From assembly GCA_013265495.1 (NCBI GenBank), contig MU057640.1, forward strand, positions 1,311,303-1,375,302: a stretch of 64,000 nucleotides of DNA, read 5' to 3'. Position numbers and translations under genes: made by a program. This stretch comes from Vicugna vicugna (taxonomy: Eukaryota). Shown here in pieces: positions 23,510 to 36,783 of this stretch; the stretch's first letter is position 1, and each line of letters opens with the position of its first letter. A model generated the notes under the pieces. The model did no database searches. It was not told the origin of the DNA and saw only the letters and a list, made by a program, of their open reading frames with translations.

Positions 23510-26500
23510 TAGCCCAAAGGAGAGCTTTTACACACATCAGGTGCCCGAGTTTTGTGGCTGCTCCATAGGGGCTGCCCCTCAGTCACCTGGCTCTGAAGGC
23601 CAAGGGGGGCGTATGTTCCTGGGTCCCACAGAACTCTTAACAACTGGAGACACAGTTCCTGGCAGGGTAGTACCCCTGGGGAGCTGCTAGACAGCAGACA
23701 GAACCCCCCCACTGCAACTCCCATCTTTCTAGGGAAGAAGACCTATTTGCTTGTCCTAGAGTGCTTATCCTTGTGGTTCCACAGGACTGTACAGTTTTGC
23801 ATACTTTAACAGCTGCTGCCTGAGGTTCTGGTTTCTAATCAGCCTGAATCTAGGTGCTGACTGAGATCCTCCCCTTGGAGACACTGACAGGTTTTGTCAA
23901 ATCCTCAACTACAGGAGGCTAATGAACATAAAATAGGCTGCTTGGACAATCACAAAGGTTTGAGAGACAACCAGGAGCTTGGGCAGGGTAGAAAGATAAG
24001 GTTCATCTTCTACATGAGGTGACTCCTCAAGACTAGGAGAGATGGCTGTTTTATCTAATGCACAGAAACCAACAGAGAGAGTCAAGGAAGACAGAGAAAC
24101 AAAGGAAAATGTCCCAAATGAGAAAACAAGAAAAACCTCAGGAACAATCCTCAGTGAAATGAAGGTAAGTAACCTACCTGATGAAGAGGTCAAAATGATG
24201 GTCCTAAAGATACTCACCAAGCTCAGGAGAAGAATGGATGGACACAATGAGAACTTCAACAAAGACACAGAACATACAAGAAAGTACCAAACAGAAGTCA
24301 CAAAGTGAAGTATACAATAAGTGGACTGAAAAATACACTAAAGGGTTTAAACAGCAGACTAGATGGAGCAGAAGAAAGAATCAGTAAAGTCAAACACAGG
24401 GAACTTTCCCAGTCAGAGCAGCAAGAAGAAAAAAGATTGAGAAACAGTGAAGATAGCTCCAGGGACTTATGGGGCAACATCAAGTGGACCAACATTCACA
24501 TTATAGGGGCCCCAGAAGGAGAGAGAAGAGGGCAAAAAACTTGTTTGAATGACTGAAAACTTGCCTAACCTGCAAAAAGAAACAGATATCCAGATCCAGG
24601 GAGTCCAGAGTGCTCCAAAACGATGAATCCAAAGAGATCCACACCAGAACATATGACAAGTAAAAATGTGAAAAGTTAGGAGGAGAGAATCTTAAAAGCA
24701 GCAAGAGAAAAACAACTTGTTATGTGAAAGGGAACTCACCCCCACTAGACTACCAGCACATTTTTCAGTAGAAACTTTCAGAAGGGAATGGCATGAGATA
24801 TTCAAAGTGGTAAAGGGGGAAAAAAAAACTGCCAACAAAAAACACTCTACCTTGCAAAGCTGTCATTCAGAATTGAATTCCAGACAAGCAAAAAAGCTAA
24901 GAGTTCACACTAGTCCCCAGCCTTACAAGAAATGCTAAAGGGTCTTTTTTAAGCAGAGAGAAAGAATGCTAATTAGTAACAAGAAAACATATGAAAGTAT
25001 AAATCTCACTGGAAAAAGTAAGTATATAGTAAAGGTGGTGGGTTAACCACTCATAAAGCTAGTATGAAGGTTAAAAGACAAAAGTAGTAAAAATAACCCT
25101 AACTACAACAGTTAGTTAAGGGATACACAAGATAAAAAGGTGTAAAATGTGACATAAAAACATAAAACGGGGGGAGAGCAAAAATTAGAGCTTTAGAATA
25201 TGTTCAAACTTAAGTTGTTATCAACTTGAAATACACTGTTATAAATTGTCTTAAGTAAGCCTCATGCTAACCACAAAGCAAAATTCTATGGTAGATACAC
25301 AAAAGATAAAGAAGTCAAAGCACACCCCTAAAGAAAGTCATCAAACCACACAGGAAGACAGTAAAAGAAGAAAGGAACACAGGAACTACGAAACAGCCAG
25401 AAAACAATTAATAAAATGGTAATAAAAGTACATAACCATCAACAATTACCTGAAATATAAAAGAAAAATTCTTCAATTAAAAGACATAGAGTGGCTAAAC
25501 AGATAAAATATCCAGCTCTATCTAATTGTTGCCTTTAAGAGACTCACTTCACAAGTAAGAACACATACAGGCTGAAAGGGATGGAAAAAGATATTCCATG
25601 CAAATGGAAACCAAAAGAAAGTTGGGGTAGCTATACTTAGATGAAACAGACTTTAAGACAAAGAAGATCATGACATAATGATAAAGGAATCATTCAACAA
25701 GAGGATATAACATTTGTAAATGTTTATGCACGCAACATAGGAGCAGCTAATTATATAAAGCAAACGTTAAAAGACCTAAAAGAATAGACAGAAATACAAT
25801 AATAGTAGAGGACTTTAATACACCACTTTCAACAAATGATAGGTCATCCAGACAGAAACTAAGTAGGGAAACAATGGCCTTAAATGACATGTTATACCAG
25901 ATGAACTTAACAAACATACATAAAACAGTCCATTACAAAGCAAAAGAATACTTGTTCTTCTCAAGTGCACATGGAATATTCTCCAGGACAGACCGTATCT
26001 TAGGCTACAAGTCTTAGTAAATTTAAGAAGAGTGCAATCACATGAAACATCTTTTCTGACCACAATGGTATGTACTAGCAATTAATTACAGGGGAAAACT
26101 GGAAAATTCACAAATAGGTGGAGATTAAACAACATGCTACTGAACAACCAATGGGTCTAAGAAGAAATCAGAAGAGAAATTAAAAAAAAATACTTTGAGA
26201 CAAATGAAAATGGAAATATAACACACCAAATTATGGGATGCAGCAAAAGCAGTTCTAAGAGGGAAGTTCATAGCAATGAATGTCTACATCAAGAAACAAG
26301 AAAGATCTCAAACAACCAAATTTTACATCTCAAGGAACTAGGAAAAGAAGAATAAAGCCCATAGTTAGTAGAAGGAAGAAAATAACAAAGATCAGAGTAA
26401 AATAAATGAAATCAAGACTAAAAAGATAATTCAAAAAAGACCGATGAAATTAAGAGCTGGTTCTTTGAAAAGATAAACAAAATCGACAAACGTTAGCTAT

Positions 26501-29500
26501 ACTCAGAAAGAAAAAACAGACAGAGGACTCAAAATCAGAAATGAAAGAGGAGATGTTACATGTGATACCCCAGAAATACAAAGGATCATCAGAGATTGCC
26601 AACAAACTGGACAACCTAGAGGAAATGGAACACACAACCTACCAAGACTGAATCATGAAGAAATAGGAAATCTGAACAAACCAATTACTAATAAGGACAT
26701 TGAATCAGTAACCACAAACCTCCCAACAAACAAAAGTCAGGAACCCAGACAGCTTTACTGATGAATTCCAAAAAACATTCCAAGAAGAATTAATACCATT
26801 CCTTCTCAAACTCTTCCAAAAAAACAGAAGAGGATGGAACACTTCCAAACTCATTTAATAAGGCCAGCATTATCTTGATATGGAAACCAGACAAGGACAC
26901 CACAAGAAAAAGTTATAGGACAATATCCCCAATTAACATAGATACAAAACTCCTCAGCAAAATATTAGAAAACCAAATTCAACAATATGTTAAGAGGATC
27001 ATACACCATGTTCAAATGGGTTTTATTACAGGGATGCAAGGATAGTTAGGTAATGTTACTCACCACATTAACAAAATGAAAGCTAAAAATCGTATTATCA
27101 TCTCAATAGATGCAGAAAAAGCATTTTACATTTTCAACATCCATTTATGATTAAAAACTCTCAATACCCCAAAGTAATAAAATATCTGGGAATAAATCTA
27201 ACCAAGGAGGTGAAAGAATTATACACAGAAAACTATAAACCATTGATGAAGGAAATGAAAGAAGACTTTAAAAAATGGAAAGATATTCCATGCTCTTGGA
27301 TTGGAAGAATCAATATTGTTAAAATGGTCACACTGCCCAAGGCAATCTACAGATTTAATGCAATCCCTATCCAATTACCCAGGACATATTTCACAGAACT
27401 AGAACAAATCATAATAAAATTTATATGGAACCATCAAAGACCTAGAATTGCTAAAGCATTACTGAAGAGAAAGAAAGAGGCTGGAGGAATAACTCTCCCA
27501 GACTTCAGACAATACTATAGAGCTACAGTCATCAAGACAGCATGGTATTGGTACCAAAACAGACATATAGACCAATGGAACAGAATAGAGAGCCCAGAAA
27601 TGAACCCACAAACTTTTGGTCAACTCATCTTCGACAAAGGAGGCAAGAATATACAATGGAATAAAGACAGTCTCTTCAGCAAATGGTGTTGGGAAAACTG
27701 GACAGCAGCATGTAAAACAATGAAGCTAGAACACACCCTTACACCATATACAAAAATCAACTCAAAATGGATTAAAGACTTAAACATAAGACAAGATACA
27801 ATAAACCTCCTAGAGGAAAACATAGGCAAAACATTATCTGACATACATTTCAAAAATTTTCTCCTAGAAGAAATAAAAGCAAGAATAAACAAATGGGACC
27901 TAATGAAACTTACAAGCTTCTGCAGAGCAAAGGAAACCAGAAATAAAACAAGAAGAAAACCTACGGAATGGGAGAAAATTTTTGCAAGTGAAACCGACAA
28001 AGGCTTGATCTCCAAAATATATAAGCAGCTCATACGACTCAATAAGAAAAAAATAAACAACCCAATCCAAAAATGGGCAGAAGACCTAAACAAGCAATTC
28101 TCCAAGGAAGACATACAAATGATCAAAAAGCACATGAAAAAATGCTCAATATCACTAATTATCAGAGAAATGCAAATCAAAACTACAATGAGGTATCACC
28201 TCACACCAGTCAGAATGGCCGTCATTCAAAAATCCACAAATGACAAATGCTGGAGAGGCTGTGGAGAAAGGGGAACCCTCCTACACTGCTGGTGGGAATG
28301 CAGTTTGGTGCAGCCACTATGGAAAACAGTGTGGAGATTCCTCAAAAGACTAGGAATAGACTTACCATATGACCCAGGAATCCCACTCCTGGGCTTGTAT
28401 CCAGAAGGAAATCTACTTCAGGATGACACCTGCACTCCAATGTTCATAGCAGCACTATTTACAATAGCCAAAACATGGAAACAGCCTAAATGTCCATCAA
28501 TAGGTGACTGGATAAAGAAGATGTGGTATATTTATACAATGGAATACTACTCAGCCATAAAAACCGACAACATAACGCCATTTGCAGCAACATGGATGCT
28601 CCTAGCGAATGTCATTCTAAGTGAATTAAGCCAGAAAGAGAAAGAAAAATACCATATGACATCGCTCATATGTGGAATCTAAAGACTCATGGACAGAGAA
28701 TACAGACTTGTGGTTACCAGGGGGGTAGAGGGTGGGAAGGGATAGACTGGGATTTCAAAATTGTAGAATAGATAAACAAGATTACACTGTATAGCACAGG
28801 GAAATATACACAAAATGTTATGATAAATCACAGAGAAAAAAATGTGACAATGAGTATGTATATGTCCATGAATGACTGAAAAATTGTGCTGTACACTGGA
28901 ATTTGACGCAACATTGTAAAATGATTATAAATCAATAAAAAATGTTAAAAAAAAACTCTCAACAAAGTGAGTATAGAGGGAACATACCTCAGCATAATAA
29001 AGGCCAAATATGACAAGCCCATAGCTAACATCATACTCAACTTTAGAAAGCTGAAAGCTTTTCCTTTAAGATCAGGAGCAAGACGAGGATGCCTACTCTT
29101 ATCACTTTTATTCAACATAGTATTGGAAGTCCTAGCCTAGACAATTAGGCAAGAAAAAGACATAAGAGGCATCTAGGAAAGATGGAATAAAACTGTCACT
29201 ATTTGCAGATAACATTATTTACAGAAAACCCTAAAGACTCCACCAAAAAATTCTTAGAACTAGTCAAAGAACTCAGGAAAGTTGTACGACACAAAATCAA
29301 TATACAAAAACCTGCTGCATTTCTATGTGCCAATAACTATCAAAAGCAGATATTAAGAAAGAAATCTCATATATAGTTGCATCAAAAATAATAAAATGCC
29401 TCAGAATAAATTTAATCGAGGTGGTAAAAGACCTGTACACTAAACAGTATAAGACACTAATGACAGAAACTGAAGAAGATATAAATGAAGATATTCAATG

Positions 29501-31299
29501 CTCATGGGTTAGAAGAATATTGTTAAAATGTCCATACTGCCCAAAGTAATCTACATATCCATCAATCCCTGTCAAAATCTCAATGGCATTTTTCATAGAA
29601 AAACAGCAATCCTCAAATCTGTATGGAACCACAAGAGGCCCTGAAGAGCCAAACCAGTCTTGAAAAAGAATCTAAAAGCTGGAGGCATCACACTTCCCGA
29701 TTTCAAATTTTATTACAGGGCCACAGTAAAACAGTTTGTACTGGCATCAAAACAGACAGATAAATCAATGGAACAGAATAGAAAGCCCAGAAATCCACAT
29801 ATGCAGTCAATTAATTTATGGACAAAGGAGGCACGAATATACAATGAGGAAAAGACAGTCTCTTCAATAAATGGCACTGGGAAAACTGGAAAACCACATG
29901 CAAAACTGGACCACTATTTTATAGCTTACACAAAAGCTAACTCATCATGACTTAAAGGCTTGAATGTAAGACCTGAAACCATAAAACTCCTAGAAGAAAA
30001 CAAAGGTGGCAAGTTCTTTGACAGAAGTCTTGGCGATGATTTTTTTTTTTTTTTTTGGATTTAACACCAAAAGCAAAGGCAACAAAACGAGAACTAAACA
30101 AGTGTGACTACATCAAACTATAAGGCTGCTTTCTGCACGGCAAGGGGAACCATTAAAAAAAAGAAAAGGCCACCTACCAAGTGGGAGAAAATGTTTGCAA
30201 ATTATATATCTGATGGGGGTTAGTATTCAAAATACATACAAATAACTCATACAGCTTGACAGCAAAAAAGCAAACAATCTGAATGAAAAACAGGTAGAAG
30301 ATTTGAATAGACATTTTCCCAAAGACATACAGAGAGCCACAGGTATATGAAAAGACACTCAACATCACTAATCAGCCAGGAAATGCAAATCAAAACCCTA
30401 CTGAGATGTCACCTCATGCCTGTTCAATGGCTATTATAAAAAAGACAAGAAGTAACAATTGTTGGTGAGACTATGGAGGAAAGAGAGCCCTTGTGCATGG
30501 CTGGTGAGAATGTACACTGGTGTAACCACTATGGAAAACAGTATGGCCGTTCCTCAAAAAAAATAAAAACAGAGTTACCACATGATCCAGCAATTCTACT
30601 TAGTATTTAACCAAGGAAATCAAAAACACTTACTTGAAAAAAATATATGCATCCCATGTTCATTGCAGCATTATATACAATAGCCAAGACATGGAAGCCA
30701 CCTAGGTGTCCACTAATGGATGAATGGATAAAGAAAATGTGTGCACGCGTGTGCGTGTGTATATAGACACACACACACACAATGGGAATTTATTCAGCCA
30801 TAAAAATGAAATCCTGCCATTTGAAACAACATGGATGGACCTTAAGGGCATTATGCTAATTGAAAAAGTCAGAGAAAAGACAAAAACTGCATGACCTATT
30901 ACACTTCTTGTGAAATCTTAAAAAAAAAATTGAGCTCTTAGGCAAAGACAATAGATTGGTGGTTGTCACAAGTACAGGGTGAGGGTAGTCGAAATTAGTG
31001 AAGGGAGTTAAAAGGACAAATTTCCAACAATATGACTTGTTATAAAACAAGTAAGTCATGAGGATAAAATGTATAGCATGGAAACTATAGTTAACAACAC
31101 TGTTTTGCATATTTGAAAAAACTACTATAAAAGTAGATCTTAAACATTCTCATCAGAATAAAAACTCTTACACTACGTATGGTGATGGATGTTAACTAGA
31201 CTCATATCATTTCACAGTATATACAAATATCTAACCATTATGTTGTACACCTGAAACTAATATAATGTTGTATGTCAGTTTTACCTTATTTAAAAAAAA
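23510..31299 (+). mobile_element. Old near-full-length L1 (partial 5'UTR, ORF1, ORF2, L1MA9-like 3'UTR), antisense in SIPA1L1 intron H-I
   Basis: Frameshifted ORF1 (24042-24938 ORFs) and ORF2 remnants; 3' end ...gttgtacacctgaaactaatataatg...tttaaaaaaaa. Confidence 0.92.
27165..28950 (+). mobile_element. Young camelid L1, 5'-truncated, with an uninterrupted ~505-codon ORF2 C-terminal part and full 3'UTR
   Basis: 12-bp TSD aaaaactctcaa (27153-27164, 28951-28962) at a canonical TT/AAAA site; ORF 27147..28682 (YLGINLT...SLICGI). Confidence 0.96.
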
Positions 31300-31535
31300 C
31301 AGAAACCAGCATCCTAGATGACTCTCATGGTCTGGCGAGGTTCAAGGTCTATATTCCCCATGATCTGAGATTACAGGTGAGAGGCTGAATGAGGGAGGGC
31401 TGGTGAGCCTGGATAATCTGAGCACGCACTCAGCACTTCCTCTAATTCTCATTCTCTGAGCAAACTGAGTGGTAGGTGTTTCTGGGGACACCATCATCAG
31501 TAGGGCTGTTCAGCTGCAGCTGAGAACAAACTTAC

Positions 31536-31782
31536 CATGCAGTGACTTCATCCCCAAGGTGTAAGAAGGCCTCCTCAGTGGAAGAGACTTGGGGAGAGAA
31601 GGGTACGTGCTACTGAAGAGGACATCGTTGGGCAGGGCTTGGTCCAGAAGTGAAGCCCTTGAGGTGAAAAAGTGCTCCCTCTGGCCACTGTAAATACTCT
31701 CATCCGACAGAGTTCTGTGCAAGGCCCGCCTCGAGGTGGGGGTGGTGGGAAAAGGAGACTGAGGAGAGGAGAGCGCGTGGAA
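31536..31782 (-). CDS. SIPA1L1: SIPA1L1 coding exon H (247 nt, phase 0-1): [29 protein letters not shown]...YTLGMKSLH
   Basis: Overlaps ORF 31510..31722; acceptor gctgtttttcag|T, donor ATG|gtaagt. Confidence 0.95.
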
Positions 31783-32084
31783 CTGAAAAACAGCATCAAG
31801 ACAACAGAGTCAATTTTCCGGGTCATGTACCCAAGACCTGGGGCGGAGGATGAGTGGGTTAACAAAATCACTCTTGTAGACCCCACCCTTCAAATCCTGG
31901 AGCCCAACACGTAAGCCAAGGTCCACCATCTCTGTCCACATCCCTGAGAGCTAAAATGGGAGTTCCTGGTCACGGTTGCATAGCTCAGCACGCTGCCTGC
32001 AGCCAATCAGCACTCAGCACAAAGTTCAGGTATGTGCCTGATAAGCAGATTCATCACTATCATATCACGGCTAACAAGACTTTA

Positions 32085-32260
32085 GGATCAGACAAGGGTG
32101 TGTTTTATTTGAATCCTATGTCTTTGAGCAAATCATGTAATCACTCTGAGTCCAATTCCTCGTCTACTGAGACAGGGCACAACACCTCTCAGGATCATTA
32201 TGAGGATTACACGAAACACTGGACGATCACAGTAGCGTTTTATCAGTGGCATTACAAAAT
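32085..32260 (+). mobile_element. MIR SINE
   Basis: ttgagcaaatcatgtaatcactctgagtccaattcctcgtctactgagacaggg...ctcaggatcattatgaggattac. Confidence 0.6.
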
Positions 32261-33874
32261 AGCATTATGGTCCCCAGGGGAGCAGCCATGGTGCCCAGAA
32301 GGGATCCTCAGAAGCTTGTCATGTGACCGCACGTCTGCCGGGCAACAGGAACATTTGAGCATCACGATATATTAACTCAAATAATAGGTGGCTCTTGATA
32401 AACATTAACTCCTAATATAGTTAATGAGTTTGAGAGATTATTTTTTGAGATGGATTTCTTTTCATGAAATAAAAATAGGGGAAGTCATCTTTATAAATGA
32501 CAAGTACTTATACAGTTGTATATAAATGACAAAAGCTCCAGACGGCTATATCTTATCAACGTCTTATGCCTTTGCGACCAGATTTGATTTTCACTTGAGA
32601 TTTTTCTGCAAAGAGCAAGCTCCTGAGAATCCATTCGTGGTGAAACCACAGACACATTAATAATATTGAAATATCCAGCATGCTGAAAGCCAGCAGGGCA
32701 TTTGGTCCGTTAACAGAGGTGTCCTTATTCAGTTCCTTTTAGATGATTGTTCACCTTGGCAGGGGGAACAGTGTGCAGAACAGGCGAGGATGTGAGTAGG
32801 AGGGCTGACTCACTGCTGGCAGGAAGCCACTGTCAAACTTTCCATGATACTTTGAAGGGACAGAGAGATAATGATACGGCAACAGCTCCATTTAGGAGGC
32901 TGAGAACAGAGTTGAGGTTCAGACTCATTCACGTGTGGAACATACTTCCATCTAGCAAGCCTAGGGTTATTCAAGTCAAAGCTACCCACAATGTGGTACG
33001 TGCAGTTGCTGCATAAATATGAAACAATGATTAATCAGATGCATTGTAAATGAGCCCCAGGTGTAGCCAGCTGTGTTCACTTTTTAAAATCCACAATGAG
33101 TTAAACCCAAAGTATGTATACATGCTTACCTTGAAAACTAAGCCGCTGTGATAAATGCTCTGTGAGTCTTTAAGTGGAGGGGACTCGGTATGGAAATTTC
33201 CCTTCTCACTTCACAGAGAAGAGTGGGCATTAGAGAAGTTAAATGACTTGTTAATGGTACTTAAAAAAAAAATAAAAGCCAAATCATCTCTCTCCACCTT
33301 CAAGGTTCTAGGACTATCACATAAGGCTCCTGCCTACGAGGCCAGATGTCAGATCTCTCTATTCAAAACCTGCTCTCAGTCTTTTCTTGCACCTCTGGGT
33401 TCAGCAGAGGGTTTTCCTTTTCCAGTGACTATCCCCACCCTGATGGTTTTACAGGAGGGAGATTTCCCACCAGTTCTGGTTTGGCCTCTTTGGGAAATAA
33501 TATACTTCAAGGCAGTAAACAGCTACCTTGAAGAGATCCTTTGAGTAATGTGATTTATTAAAAGGCATAATATCCTCCCCTAAAGGGAGGCAGGGGAGAA
33601 GGAAGGAAGCCCATCTGCCCAGATGCTCTCTACCCATTGAGAAATACCAGGACCTAGTCTGGTCCAAGCCCTGGGAAGGCCCCTGACCCCATCCCTCTTC
33701 AATTCCTGTCTCAAAGGTGTGCACACATGCCCAGTTCCCTAGGGCGCCCTCTGCCTTCCTTGCAGGTCATAGCGAGACTGCTGAGTGGCACTGCCCTGGG
33801 CTGCCGGCCCCAGGGAGAGAACCACAATGGGGTGGATGGCAGACTCGGAAGGGGTTTTAGAAATCATTAGGAAG

Positions 33875-34088
33875 GGAGGTTTCAAAATGTGCTCCAAGGA
33901 GCTCTAAGAGTTTCTCCCAGCATCACTGCCTGGGGAGACAAGATGTTTGGGGGGACCCAAGAGCCCATGACACCCCATGCCTCCCACAGAGCAACTCTGC
34001 TTTCTCAGTTCTACATAATGAGCTTCCATGTATAAATCTATTAAGAAAAAAGGGTACCTGAGCTTTAAAATTGTTTGGGAACCACTGA
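33875..34088. mobile_element. hAT-Charlie-type MITE relic
   Basis: Ends ggtttcaaaatgtgctcc and gtttgggaaccactg (Charlie-like TIR). Confidence 0.5.
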
Positions 34089-36783
34089 TCGAGCCTGGGC
34101 CTCTATTTCAAAGGCGAGGAGCAAGGCCTTGAGACGGGGCATCTTGCGTCGGGTCAGCCTCCTGCTCTCCTCTTGCTCCTCTCAGTCCTCCTGGCTCTCA
34201 GTGACACAGGTCACCCGCACATGCATTCAGCAAGTATCCCCTCTTCCTAAACATTGGAGCCGCATGAAGCCTTTTCCTTTGGTCTGTATCTGAGAGTGTT
34301 GGCCAGAGAGCAGGACTCTCAGTTTGTACTACCGTCTATTCACTTGCCAGACTGTTCACTCACGTAGCCCTCAGGGAAAATACGGTTATCCATCTTTGCC
34401 TGCCAGTGAGCTTTCTTAGACTGTTATGGCTCTGCCATTTTCCTTGAGGTCCGAGCTCAGGGCAGCTGCGTGGGGCCCGGCAGCCACCCCACCCCCCCAG
34501 CTCCAGCCCGCCCGGCGGAGGAGCGCTGCCCCGTCGTGCAGCAGGCATTGCACGCTGCTGGCAGGCGAGCCCGGGAATAACCCCGCCACTGGATATCCAT
34601 GGTGGCTCGCAGGGAGCACTTGCTATCTGAGAAAGCCCCTGTGGCCTGAGCGGGTTCCAGGTATCACAGCCCAAAGCTGGCCACTCCTTGTACCCTGACG
34701 CCTGATGCAGTGGCTCGGAGCCTGGAACCAGGCGGGCCTGGAAGACGTCTCAGTGGCACGCTGGCCCTACTGACACAGCAGAGACACAGTTACTCACAGG
34801 GTGAGTCTCCAAAGACACACAGAGCTACTTAGCTGAACTCATCTGAAACTACCCAGAAAGGATGAAACAAGAGAAAACAGAGCATATTTCCAGCTCCTGG
34901 CTCCAGCCTTTTCACCACAATAGTTCAGCCGGCAGAAGCACTTTCGTTGCAGAGGTCTGCACAGTAATATAATCACAACAGAAAGAATGTGCACTCCTGT
35001 TTTAAATAGGAATGTTAAAGTCATTCATTTTGGAAATAAAAGCCAAGACCTGGAATAGGAGCAAGACAGACATTTGCTTTCAATTACTTCCACTGCATGA
35101 GTAAATCAAAAGAATGAAAGCTCTGAGCTTGCCCCTTTCCGAAGTGTTAAACTCAGAGGTGGAGGAAAGATTCCTTTCCAGGGCAAGTTTTATTTTCCTC
35201 TGGCCTCAAAGGAAAAATCTGAAATAATTTTTATTTTGAAACTGGTAGTTAAAAATTTTAATACACCTCTTTGGGTTTTTGACGGATAGAGAAAGAAGTT
35301 TCAAGTACTATCTTTTGCGAGGTTGCTAAGGGAACCATTTGGCCCCGGGGTGATGAGTCACAGCTGTTAAGTGCTGGGTTATAAAACAGAAATCACAGAA
35401 ATCAAGAATGGCAAGTCTTTAAAATGATTTATGGTGTCCATGTTTATGTTAATAAATCAATCGATTTCTCAGCAAAACTCCAGCATGGTCTCTGGAGTAC
35501 ATTTCATCTCTATAAATGTTGATTTGTAAGTTTAGGAGGTATATCTGATCTATCTGGAGGAAGACGCACACGCACGCGCGTGCACAAACACACACAGAAG
35601 CACATACATGCACACACACTAGAAGGGTGACCAGAAAGCCTGGATGAGACAAGACCACACAGCTCATCCAGCTGGGCACGTCTCTTGCACTCTGATCATG
35701 TTTTGAGGATGGTGAGTGGTTAAGGAAACATGTCAACTTCCGTTTTCAATCAATTCTCAAAGGTCTTCTTAAATTAAGCTTTCTAGTCACTTCAAACAGA
35801 CTATAAATCATGTAACTAAGAACCTAGAGGACTGAAAATGGTAAAGTTTGCATCCGTGAACTTCTGGGGCGGTGGTGGGCTCACTTCTCTGGGCACCCAC
35901 CTCACCCCCAGTACACTGCAGACAAAAATGCCTTCTGCATAGAGTGAAATACCTTTGGGCCCAGCTCAACCAGCACCAGCTCTGTATCTGGGAGTGCGAG
36001 ACAGCAGACATTAGCAGCCAAGAAATCAGAGAGCCTTCCGTAGGCTTCAAGGATCCTCCAAGCTGAGATGAGCAGAAACAAACCCTTCCACGTGGTCATG
36101 CAAAAGGTCTGGCCACTGACACACCCACGAACTCTGAGCAAATGCTTGGGATTTGATGGGGAGGAATGCTTCTAGAGAAGGCATTTGGAGTCTGGAATTC
36201 TGAGAGTGAAGTGGAGAGGAGGCTTTATGAAGTGAAGAGAGTCTGGAAAGTTTCAAAGGTAAATGTGCAACCTGTGTGTGCTGCATTGAAGAGCATGAGC
36301 TGGTAGGTGTGCCTGGCCAGGGGCAGAGGCTAGGCCAGACGGCAGGGTCCTGGGGACCCCCCAGGGCGGGAAGCACACTGGGAGCTGCCTGTGGGAGGAG
36401 GAGGCCCCTGTGGACAGAAGGTACTAAAGCCCTTTCAGAAAACTTTCTGTCCGACACAGGAGCCATGGGTATCTCTGCAGAGTTCTGAGAAGCAATGTCA
36501 TTTGAGTAATACTGTTCAAGAAAGAGTACAGCTTGTGCACTGTGAGGAGGACGCCCTGGAAGGAAAAAGCCCTGGGGTGGGGGCCGGTTATCTAAACCCA
36601 GACTTGAGAGCAACGGCTCCAGGGACAGAGTATTTGGAAAACACTAGAAACTAATTATTGAGACGGCTGGGGTGATGGCAGGAAGTGGGCTCTGATGAAG
36701 AAGAGCCGGAACCACCACCTCCTGGAGGCTGTAACTGCCCGGCCGGCCTCTAACTGCTCTTTACCCCAAGCTCTGCCCTGTAC

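Noticed and set aside
27147..28682. 511-aa ORF as an independent gene or active L1
   Set aside because: It is a 5'-truncated ORF2 lacking EN and most of RT. Its ATG is borrowed from the host L1 through the TSD, and there is no adjacent promoter.
34364..34626. AG...GT segment overlapping ORF 34360..34674
   Set aside because: 263 nt, which breaks the frame in a phase-0 intron, and the acceptor is weak. The region is kept only as a CpG patch.
35350..35372. AP-1 (TGAGTCA) next to a CAGCTG E-box; other isolated AP-1 sites
   Set aside because: Expected by chance at this frequency in 64 kb; no independent support.
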